This document shows positions 12,501 to 24,500 of a DNA stretch of 64,000 nucleotides, one piece after another (position 1 is the stretch's first letter; each line of letters starts with the position of its first letter). The DNA lies in contig MU057822.1 in assembly GCA_013265495.1 (NCBI GenBank), positions 417,097 through 481,096 on the forward strand, written 5' to 3'. Made by a program: the position numbers and the translations under genes. The stretch comes from Vicugna vicugna (lineage: Eukaryota). The notes below the pieces were generated by a model that made no database searches, was not told the origin of the DNA, and saw nothing but the letters and a program-made list of their open reading frames with translations.

Positions 12501-15500
12501 ACTGGAGAGTTGGGTTTAGAAACTAAACAAACTAAAAATTCATTGCTGAGTGTTGCTTTTCTCAGTGGACACAGCTAGGAAATACATGTTTGTATATAAG
12601 TAATAGATACATATGTGTGTACATAGGCACATTGACACCTATATTTATTTTTGTATCTCTAACACTGAAAGCTCTGAGTTTACACCGATACTTCTAATTC
12701 TGTTCAGCACTATGGCGTCATTCCAGTTTTCTGTATTTGTAACTCCCTTCTCTGATTGTGAGAAACCTAGCTTCCATCATGCTTAATGTATTTACTTATT
12801 TAAACAATCCTGCTCCAAATAACCAGCCTCCCACCTCCCCAGCCCTTGCCTGGATACCCTCCTTGCCCTCTTGGTACTTTCATTCCATGGTCATTTCATT
12901 CCATTCCTGTCCTTTGTGCGAGATACCTTTCTCCCTGCTTAGTAACCCTGACTCCAATACCTCACTCTGGACCACCATGTGCCCCACCCACCCACATGCC
13001 TACCCAAGCACACAGGAGTGCCGGCCTTATACAGCCCTACTTTCTGGACTGAATTTTCAGGAAGTGGAAGAGGATGAGCTTTCTGCCTTAATTTTTGTGA
13101 AGCTATGAAAGTTGTTGAAGAACAGATATATTTAAAGTTTATATCCCTAAACAGTTGTAATAGTTAATGGTCTCTTCACTCTTAACTTTTAAATATCAGT
13201 GATCTAGAACTATTCTGAAGTTTAAAAATTACTTTAAAAAAAGATCAAGGGGGAAAAATAAAGAAAAAATGGTATGAAACAAAAGTGGAAATATATTCAG
13301 TAAGTCCTTGCAGGCCACTCACATGTATGAGACCTCGCTGATCAACTGCACATTAGTGTAGCTACCCTGCTGACGCAGCTCACATAGAACAGAGGGGACG
13401 TGAAGTGCGAGCAGACTGGAGCTGACACTGTGTTAGCCTTGCTGTTTTTTTTCCATTTTGCAATGTAGAAGTAACATAGTTTCAGGGATTCTCACTACTG
13501 TTGTCATAAAATGTCAGCTGTAGAATTTTGTGTTACTTTTTGCATACCTTCAAGTTGTCCCTGGTGCATTCATTGCCTAGCACAGTTGTTGGCACAGAGT
13601 GGGACTTGGCAATTTTTTGTTGCATGAGTTTATTAGATGAGGAGGTAAAGCTATTGTAAGAGGAGATGAGAAGAGAGAAACATTAAGGCAGAAAGACCAA
13701 GAAGCACAGGCAGGAATAAAGAAAGTGATGGGTACCGATATGTTTAGGAGGAAATAAAATTCATCAGGCATCTTTAGATACCATAGATCTGAAAATTGAA
13801 CATATACGATCTCACTTTTTTTATTGTGTCACAAACTGGTCTGCTGCTGGGGTCAAGTTTTCTAAGAATTCAGGGGTTTTCAGTAGAATATATATGTCTT
13901 TTGCTCATACTACTTAAAATGAATACTTGATTCCAGAGGGTTGAATAGTCTTTTACAGAAGGAAATGGAACTCTTAAAGAAAAAAAGAAAAGAAAGAACC
14001 CGCGCTAAACTATATGGCACCAGGACTCCTGGGGAAAAGAGGCTGGTTTATATTGTGTACCAGGTTCTCTGTAGAAACCACTATCTGTTTCTTGATAAGG
14101 AAGTAATCAAAACAAGCTTCTGGGTTTTGTCTAGAATTATATTATTAAATTTATTTTTTGCCCAGGTTTGTTCTGATTTTACATTTGACACTTCTAGGAA
14201 GGCACTGCAGCACATGCCTCCACTCTCCCTCTCACCAGGATCGACAGATTTCTCCACCTTCCTGTCTCCCAACGTTCTGGAAGAAGTGGACAGCTTCCTC
14301 ATAAGGATAACAAGGTAAAATCAAGGTTGCTGGGGAGGAGGCGGTTGGTTGGGGGGGCATATGTGCTTGCTAAGCCGCTTTTTTTTTTTAATCTTTTAAA
14401 GGTCACTAAAAATGGTTCATTTTTAGCAACTGAAGAGAAAATGAAATAATGGTTCCTCCATGTAAACTCTGTTATTTAGCAGTGTCACCCGACCTCGGGG
14501 ATTGCGGGCGAGGGTGGAGTAGTCCTCTGATTCAGCTCCAGCAGAGATCTCAGAGTCCAAAACATGAAGCCTCTCAGTTCACTCATGGCCCCAGCCCAGC
14601 ATAACTCTGACAAGCCTGATTGTCCACAGACCTAGGAAGGGACACCCTGGTAGCTTGATAGAGGGGTCGCTTCATGTGGGGACACTCAGGTCTGTCGCAG
14701 TGAGCCCTGAAGATATTACCATGTTAGAGTACAAACCAGGCCCTGAGCCATCTGGACAGCTTTAAAAGTTTCAGTGTAACGTGATTACAAAGGCAGATAT
14801 GTGTGACGTGGAATACATCTAACATACACTATTGTGCTTGAAGGAATAAACCCTTCACTCTCTGGCCAAACCACATCATCAAGGCCTCTTCATAGCAGAG
14901 GCTTATTGCAGAAGCTTATCTGTTCTTGGTTTATAAAGTTTGACTTGTTAAAATTGTTAGCATTATTTAATCTTATAGATTAAGGGTACAGAAGTGAGGC
15001 TTTAATTTCCTGGTCCTCTGAGTTGATCTAGTTTTTCTTGAGATTATCTTAAGGATTTTGAAAAAATATTTCTGGGCCGAGTAGGGGTATAGCTCAGTGG
15101 TAGAGCGCATACTTAGCATGCACAGGTCCTGCATTCAATCCCTAGTACCTCCATTAAAAAAAAAAGAAAGAAGAAGTATTTCTGGTAAGCATAGAAGGCA
15201 TATGGCAGGTTGATTTCACGTATAGTGATCAGTTCATGGAGCTTGAGCTACCTGTATTTTCTCATGGTTTTTGCTCTTTGTCTATAGCTGCTCTTCTACT
15301 CCTGAGGTGGAGCTGACCCTCCTGGCTTTTGCACTAGCAAGAGGCAGTGTTGCCAAAGTGCTGAGCTCTCTGTGTACGGTCACTGGCCACCTAGACACAC
15401 ACTATGATGCCTCGTCCCTCATCTCATCCATGGCATCGGTCAGGCAGAACCTGCTCCTTAAATACGGTAAATGACCTTGGCATGATGGGCATGTCACAAA

Positions 15501-18500
15501 ACCATCATCCTGTTAGATCTTCTGGCATCTTCTTATCTTTTTGTGTACTTTGTGGACTGGGTTGTTGTAGTTTTACCATGATTCCTGGATGAACATATCT
15601 CCTTTGACTGAGGTTGGTAGGGAAAAGGGAGATGCTGGTTCATTTATGGCAGCATTAGCAGAAGAGGACCTGAGTGGCCACTAATGGCCTAAGCACTTAG
15701 GCTTGGTGGGCATTTGAACACAGCCATCTTTGGTAAAGTACAGAAGTGTCTCATGGTGTAGGCCAAGGGGTTGGAAAGTTGGAGTACCTCTCATCTAGAG
15801 GAGGAAGGGAACTACCCCAGACACGGTGCAAAGGATGCTTGTCTTAGAGGGCATCCCCTGCATCCTCGTGATGGCTGTTAGCTGCTTGGAAGGACATACG
15901 TGGACGTACATACATGCCCGCCACCAATTTTCCCCTCGGGCCCAACAGCAGTCCATCCTAGTACTTTTCTTCTGACCCAGAATGAGGCTCCTAATCCTCA
16001 ACACAAGAGTCTGTGTGGCTGCTCTGATGACTGCACTTGACACGTGCCATCCTGCTTGTAACGCTGAAGCCTCTGTCCACAAAGCACAGCATTGATGCCG
16101 TCCCCTCCGGTAACAGAGGCAGTACTGTGATGTCTCCTCATGATATTTGTACCTTTGCCTTAATAATATGACTCAGTAATTATGTTTAATTTTTAAAGTT
16201 GGACAATTGATGCCTTGTAAATCCAGCCCTCTTTCCCCCCATTAATTTTGGCAAGGTCATTTTTTGGAGGAGAGTAGGGGGCCTGTAGCAGGCATGGCTG
16301 GATAGGAGGGATGCATAGTGTCTGGCAGATATTCGCCAGAAAGGTCTTAATTCCGGCTAGCGTTACTGGGGCAGGGAGCACAGGGGAGGGGAGGGGTGCA
16401 CAGGGGGACTGTTCATTACTGATAATGTTGAAGCTGTGGCCTGGGTTAATAGGGTTATAGAGTTTTCATTGTATTATTAAAACAAACAAACAAAAGAAAA
16501 GAACAGTTTTCAGATCATTAGAGCAAAAATTGAGTTTTATAATTTTGAAAACTGTCAGAATTTGCCTGGAGAGTTTTAAAGAAACAAGACCCAAACCCCT
16601 AAGACACTACTTATATATTTAAATGCAGTTACAATGAAATTAATTATTGGCTCCAAAGTAATGTCTTAGGAACCCCTTCTACACACACACAAATATGCTG
16701 AGTCTGTACTGTTAATCTGTGTCTTATAATCTGCTTTGTTTCTAAAGAATGGTTATTCTAGAGTGATTCTCCTTGGAGTCACTTAGGGACATAAACTGTC
16801 TCTTTCAGGAAATCACAAAAGGATGGTGTCAACTTCTGTGTCATATTACTCCTCTATTTTAGCTTTTAAATGAGTAAACTTTTAGTCCGCAGTCTGGGTG
16901 GCCACAGGCTCTCCATTTCCACTGATGTGCACCCTAATTTTCATTTTCTTGTAGTGCTGACTTAAGGCTCTCTCTCTCTCTCTTCATTGATCAGGTAAAC
17001 CTCTCCAGCTGACTCTTCAGGCCTGTGATGTCAAAGGAAAAGAAGAAAAGTCAGGACCTGAAAACCTCCTTGTTGAACCATGGACGAGGGACGGTGAGTG
17101 GTCGATCTGTCGGTTTCTGGTGAACGGAAAGGGCCGCGGTGCTCACTGCGAGCCGTGTGAGATCACACTCTGGTCTTTGAAACTTTCAGGGTATGCAGTC
17201 TTCACTGCAGGTGTCCTTCAGTTGGCTTCAGTGGCTCCTGACACGTTTGTGTGGTTTCTTTACTACAGCATTGTCATTTGCTAGGTGTCAGTTGCCTATA
17301 ACAACTTAAAAGTTCTTAAGAGCCTTCAGTTTTGAAAAGCAGGAACTTCTCCTGAATGTAAAAAGTTACCATTTTTAAGTTCAGGTTGTCTTTCTATTGT
17401 GTTATCTTAAAATATTGAGAAACTCGGTGAATCAGTAGCACCATATGCTAAAAACATAGCTGAAAAAGGTGTTTCTCCATGTGGCTGGTCTGACTTTGGA
17501 AGTGTTCGGAAGGAAGCCTCACTCCTTCCCTGGCGTCCGTGTGGTGACTGCTGATGCGCTGTCCAGCGCCGAGGCTCTTTTCCTCATCCAGCGGGGGTGT
17601 TTGTGAGTCTCTTTCTCACCCATCATGTTGGCCAGTTAGTCTCCTGCGTACGTCCCCTTTCTACTCACTCTACTGCTTTGAATATTGCCAGTTCAGTAAA
17701 GGATGTGGAATGTTCCAGCAGTTATCAAACATTGCAAAAACTGGCCTTACTGCTTTCAACTTGGTTTCCCCTTGTCTTTCCTCACAGCAGAACAGAATTC
17801 ATGTATGCCCAAGGGTCGCCTCCTCTCTGTCCTGTTTCTTGCGGTCATTCTCAGCATCAGTGGAGTAAAGGCCTCTGGGAAAACGTGCTTTCCCTGGCCT
17901 CACCTCCTCTCCTGGTGTGCTGAACAGACACCCAGCATTCTTCTTCTGCCCATTTCAAAGACTTTCACAATCTTTCCTGCCAGAGTATTCTAGAAGCTAA
18001 ATAAATCCTTGCTCAGCCTTTAAGCCTGCTTGCCTCTAACAGTCATGGTTTTAGGAATGGTTCAGAAAGATGATTGATTGTCCAGTCTTCTGTCTCTTTG
18101 AATTAAAGTCTTTATCAACTTTTTTATTTCTTTACTGTTACCTCAGAGCAGGGCTGCCTGTACAGTCAAAAAGATTGTGCTCTGAGAAAGTTACATGTGG
18201 CCCATGATCTGTCACATAGGGGTTTATCACTGGGGTGGCATCTGTCCAGAGGGGAAATCTTTTTCTAATTTTCGTGAGAGTACCCTGCCTCAAAGGACAT
18301 GGTTTGGTTTTGCTGCTCTTAGTTCTTAGAGCTATTGCAAATCCACCAGTCATCCTAACTTTAGTTTTTCCTTTTTGTAGGTTTTCTTACAGAGACTGGA
18401 AAAACCAGAGCGAGTACTATTTTTTCTACAGGAACTGAATCTGCCTTCCAAGTTACACAGATCAGAATTATGGTAATTCTCATGCTGCCTTCTTTTAGAA

Positions 18501-21500
18501 ATGTTACTACTCTGTAAAAGTAGGATTGCGTTTCAGAGGTCCATGTCACTGGTTTTTCATCGAACATGTAGTGGTTATTAATTCTGTGGCAGACCTATAG
18601 CAGAGGCCGGGGCACAAAGATGACTTGACTGGTAAGTCTGTGAATGGTGTGAGTATGAGGATCAAGAAAGAGAAGGAATCATTTCTTGAGAAGCCTCTTT
18701 TTACTTTTCCAGGACCTGATGTATTTGAAATCGCGTTTTGTCCATTTGATTTTGCATTAAGCTATTTGAATTTGACCATAATATTTGGGAACAAAATGGC
18801 CACAGAACTTTGGCCCTGCTGACGTACTTTATTTAGCTCTCTGTTTCCAGGTTCGACGTGGTGGCATTGGTGCCCAGTGCGGGTTGGTGTTTGCCTATAA
18901 CTCATCTTCTGATAAATTTCATGCAGAGGAACACTTTAAAAGGTTTGAAAAATATGACAAATGGAAGCTTCAGGAATACAGGCAATTTGTAAAAAGCAGG
19001 TAAGGAGCAGAATAAAAATCTCGGTAGTTAACAAGAGTGTATACATTTTCTTGTTGGTGAAATATATTTCCTTATTTTTATAGGAAAGTTGCTACTAACC
19101 CATCTTCAGTGGCCATGAGCATTCATTGCTTTCTGGCAGCACATGTGAAAATGTATATTTTAACTTGTTCATAGACTCTTACTTGGTCCCTTCGGTGACT
19201 AGGTGTGCACATCTTCAAAATGGCTGGGTAGTGACACACGCCTGAACTGTGGGCAGCCTGAGGTCTTTACTCTTACCTAGCCACTGGAAAATTTACCCGG
19301 GCTCCAACTTCCCTCCTCCTGTTTTTATGCTTTTATTGAAAATGTTTATTAAACACCTACTATGTTCAAGGCCTGATGCTAGACACTGAAGATACCATAA
19401 TGAGCAAATTGGCACAGTTCCTGCTCTGTAGAGCCTACTATTTAGCTCGAAGACAAATGCTAACGCCTGCAGTGTCACAGTGCTATAAGTGCTAGGTAGG
19501 AGAGAGAAGTTACCCTGGGAGCACATGGCAGAGCACCTGACCTGATCAGGGAAGGCTTCCTGGAGGAAGTGTTGAATATGAATGGGTTAAAGTTAATCAG
19601 CCACTTGCAGAAGTAGAAAGAGAGTGTCCTGAGCAAAGAGAAGAGCAGAGTTGAGAACTTACAGATGGATTCTGGCAGACTCAAGGAACTGACCAGCCCT
19701 ACGTTGCTGAGGTGTGCTGTAGGGGGAGAGTGGGGAGAGGAGACGCTGGAGAGCTAGGAGACGTCAGGTTATTGAAGGCCTTTTTGTCTCCGTTTCAGGG
19801 TTTGGACTTTATCCTGAAGGTGGAGGTGGGGCAGGGGAGAGGAGTTGGGGGCAGTGTGTTGTTGAGGAGTTTGAAGAAGAGGAGGAGATCGCATCTCCCC
19901 TGCCATGTGAGGCGTGGATTGGAGGAGAGTGAGCAGGGAGGCAGGATGAGATGGGTAGAGGCTGTCACTGTCACCTAGGGAGCCAGAGTGTGGGTGCCCG
20001 CAACTCGAGCAGCAGCAGCTGCCATGGGAAGATGTGGACCCATGTGAGAGACAACAAGAAAGTAGAAGCAGCAGGGCCTGGGGAGTGACTGGATGTAGAG
20101 CAGGAGAGGAAAGAAAGCCTGGGTGTCAGTGAGTCCTGGGTTTTGGCTTGACAGGGGGAACATTGGTAGTGCCTTTTTCTGAGATTGATAATACTCAGAG
20201 AAAACAGGTTTGTGGGAGGATGATGAGCTCAGTTTTGGTCTTGTTGGCTTTGAGGTTCCAGGAAGCCTCTGAGATAACTGAACTAGTTGGATCAACAGGT
20301 CAGGAGCCTCGAGGAGACATCCTGAAGGCACAGATAAGAGAGACATTTCAATGATAGTTTAAAATGAATTAGAAGAGATCCTCCTGGAGGAGTATGTGAG
20401 CTAGGAAGAGCAGAGACCTTAGGTCAACATGCTGAGAGGCACTGGCATTTAAGGGGCGACAGAGAAAAGGAGACTGAGAAAAACAGCCAGAGAAGCAGCA
20501 GGAAAGCCAGGGATGTGTCCTCATAAAGCCAGAGAAAATCGTGTGTAAAGAAGTAGGGAGTGGGTGGTGGTGTCACGTGTCACGCGGGAATGGGTAACTG
20601 TAGAAGTGGGCCTGTTGGATTTAGCCACAGAGGTCATTGGTGATGCCCCCTTATTACTAGTAGCAAGGTAGAACTCATGGAGCCGAGCCTGGCACTTGCT
20701 CTTTTTGCTCCTGTACTTCGCAGGTAATGAGGTGTTGGAGTTTTCACTACTGCCTGCTACTATACTATTAGGCTTTAGTGTGCTAACGAACCACCAAGGA
20801 TTATGTTCAAATGCACATTCTGATTCAGCAATTCTGGGTGGGGCCCGAGACCTTCATTTCTTTTTCTTTTTTTTTTTTTAACATTTTTTATTGATTTATA
20901 ATCATTTTACAATGTTGTGTCAAATTCCAGTGTTCAGCACAATTTTTCAGTCATTCATGGACATATACACACTCATTGTCACATTTTTTTCTCTGTGATT
21001 TATCATAACATTTTGTGTATATTTCCCTGTGCTATACAGTGTAATCTTGTTTATCTATTCTACAATTTTGAAATCCCAGTCTATCCCTTCCCACCCTCCG
21101 AGACCTTCATTTCTAACAAGCTCCTGGGTGACTCTGATGCTCCCTGTCCTCACTTCAGGTAGCAAGGATCTAGAATAAGGTCCTCTCTCGGCTGGACTTC
21201 CTTTGGTGGCATCCCTGACAAAGGGTCATAAAGCCTCTCTCGAATATCCTTATTAGAATATTAGAATATGTTCAATTGAAACTAATTGAAATTTGTAATT
21301 TCAGCTCAGCGGTCTTAATTCCAGCCCTCTAAATGAGTTGGAACATCTCTCTCTCTCATCATACATACATACTTTTTAAAAGATACTTTTCTTTTAAAAT
21401 GGTAACTAGAGATTACACTTGTTTTTAAGTATCTGTCTTTCCCACTCCTGGGACACTTTAAAATAGGTCTTTTTTCCTAAACCTGCTGTCAAACAAGATC

Positions 21501-24500
21501 TTTCACATCTTATATAGGATGATTTTTTTTTAAAACCTAAATGCAGGCTTATTTACTGTTCCCTTGCTGATTTAGTTCCTGGTTTCAGCCTGAACTACTC
21601 TGAAATCCTGATTTGTTTGGCCTATAAATTATCAGTCTTTCTCCAGTTTGTAGATCAATGTTAATAGACATGTGTCTGTCGTCTTGCTCTTGTGTTTCCC
21701 TATCCTCTGGTTAGACATTGGTCAGTCAGCAGGCTCAGGACCAGTTGTTTGGTTGCTGTGCATACTTAAGAGGACTAATAGTGAGCTCTGTTTTCGCCAC
21801 CCTGCCTGCTGGGTGGTGTGGTGAACAAGGTTGCTTCTTCCTGATCTCTGATACCCTGCCAGCTCTCTGTATCTCAGAGACTTCCTTGATGACTCCCAAA
21901 GAGTGAATTTAAAAATCCTCAAAAACACAATATTTTTAAACTTTTTATTTATTTAATTTTTAAAATTGAAGTATAATTGATTTATAATGTGTTAGTTTCT
22001 GGTGTACAGCATAGTGATTCAGTTATCCATATACATACATGTTCTTTTTTTGTATTCTTTTCCATTATGGTTTATTACAGGATATAGAATATAGCTCCCT
22101 ATGCTATACAGTAGAACCTTGTTGTTTATCTATTTTATATATAGTAGTTTGTCTCAGCTAGCTGTAAACTCCTAATTTATCCCTCCTCCACCTCCTTTCC
22201 CCTTTTGGTAACCATAAGTTTGTTTTCTGTGAGTCTGTGAGTCTGTTTCTGTTTTGTAAATAAGTTCATTTGCTCAAACACACAATATTGATGAAAGTCA
22301 TTTACATGGTTCTGACTAAGACAGAATACCAATTGACCCATTAGTTTCAGGATTAACTAGATCATGAAAGGTTTATGCTAAGAAAGACTATGGTAAAAAG
22401 AGAATAGTTTTTCTCTCTGTTACAGAACCTACTTTGGGTCCTTCATCTTTTTCTTCTTGCTGTAAATCTCTGTGTTTGCTTATTTTATCCATACAGAATA
22501 CTCAAGTGTTGGCTAACTTGTTAGCTGTGTCGCAGACTAAATAGTTTAAAGTCTTAGGAATGCTGCTTGAAAAGACTGCCATTTTCTCCTCACGCATTTA
22601 AGTACCAGTCAAGTATCCAATTTTTAAAAAGAGATGGCACACAGTTGTGCTTCTTCAGCCTCCGGGCTGAAATGCTTTCCTGGGAGGACTTCTTAAGGAA
22701 TAGGAAAAAGTACTGAGGCCCATGAAGGCTGAAGTTTTCCTTTTTTGGAGTTCTGGGATCTGGAAGTTGCCTAGCTCTTACCCTTCAGCTGTTGCAGGTA
22801 CGGACCTCAGGCCAGTTGTATGTATGTTCGCCAGACGTAGAGAAAGAAAACTGAACCTGCCTCTCCTTTGGATCTTTCTAGAAGTGCACACCAACTGTTG
22901 CATTGTACCTTACTCTTAAGTAGCTCATCTAAGATGCTTTGACTACATATCTCATTCTTCACATAAGCCGGTTATCTGGAGAAGCAGACTTCCTCCTTAG
23001 TTCCCAGATTATATTTGGGACTAATAATCATTCCCATTTCACAGATGAGGAGGCTGACAAGTGGGGAGGAACTACCAACTACCCCATATGTTCAAAGAGG
23101 CACCAGGTGCACACCCTGTCCTCGACGGTTAACTGACAGACCATATAAACAAGTTAAATGCCATTTAGATGGTGCTTTACTCGTTAGACCTTGAGAAGTT
23201 TAGAAACAGGAAAATGTTTTTTGATTACCTTTGTGTTTACAGGATTGGTTGTTCGTCTGATGACCTTGGAGAGGATGATCCTATTGGCTGGTTTGAGCTG
23301 GAAGAAGAGTGGGATGAAGCAGATGTCAAATTGCAACAGTGCAGAGTTGCCAAAGTAAGCATCAGTGAGTTGTGGCCTTCACGTACTCGCCCACTCCCTC
23401 CCTTTGTTCTGTAGGCGTTTATTGGGTGGCTGTTGTGACCCAGCCTTGTGCCAGCACTGGAACCCTGGAGGGGAACCAGACAGGAACATGACTGTCAAGG
23501 AGTTCAGAGTCTCATGGGAGACACAGATGTATGAGTCCCTGTGATGTGGGCTGTGATAGAGATATCCAGGGGGCTGTTGCAGCCCAGAGGAAAAAATACC
23601 TAACCTAGCCTAGAATTCACTAGGGAAGGCGTCTCATAAAGGTGGTGTGATGCCAAGTGTTGAAAGTTGGTTAAGCCATCGTCTTTAGCCAGGCTCAGAG
23701 GTGAGGAGAAGGGCATCTCAGGCTGAGAGAGCAGTAAGTACACAGGCCTAAATGCGAGAGAGATGTCTTTCCATAGCTATGAAAGAAACAGTCATTATGT
23801 GGCTACTTAATTTTTTTAACCTCTGTTGAAAACCATGTAAGAAGCTTAAATAAGAGAAATAAGACCTACCTTTGGGGTTCAGTAAATATTTAGGCAACTG
23901 AGTAGTGGATTCTGGAAGGCCCTCAGAAAGGGAGCTTTCACTGTAAAGAGCACATGGTGCACATAGAAGTTGGGCTGTGACAATAGCTTTAGATTTGAGC
24001 AGATGAGACCATGTCCTGGCTCGCAGCATGTGGGTTGCTTGTAACTGGGGCTTTGAGATGATCCCTTTCGGTAGTCATTTACCACATAGCTATTTTCTGT
24101 TTCAAAATGACTCTGCTACAGAGCAGATGTACTTTTCTTACTCATTCTGTCTTATCCTGAAAAGGGAGTAATGCCATTCCTCTTATTGTGATCCTTCCCA
24201 AAACCTGACTTCGTTCAACATTTGTATTGTCTCTTTCCTGTTTGTTGTAGATAATGGACTAATACTTTGTGTCTCCAGTGCTAGGCGTAGTGGTACCTGA
24301 TAAATTACTAAAGTCATAAGGGGACCTTTCCAGAAAGGTCTTTATCTCCCTTTCATCAATATCCAGGGCTTCTGAGTCCCCTTCCTTACATCTCTCTTGT
24401 CCTTTCCAGTATTTGATGGTGAAGTTCCTCTGCACCCGTCAGGAGTCGGCGGAGCGCTTGGGAGTACAAGGCTTGAGCATCAGTGGGTACCTCCGGCCCA

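Noticed and set aside
14470..14875. Possible solo LTR (ends near aataaacccttcac...accaca)
   Set aside because: I could not define TG...CA termini, a TSD or a family by eye; a Dfam search is needed.
15081..15153. tRNA gene
   Set aside because: It has A and B boxes but no complete cloverleaf, and it carries an A-rich tail and TSD with three related copies in the window, so it is a SINE.
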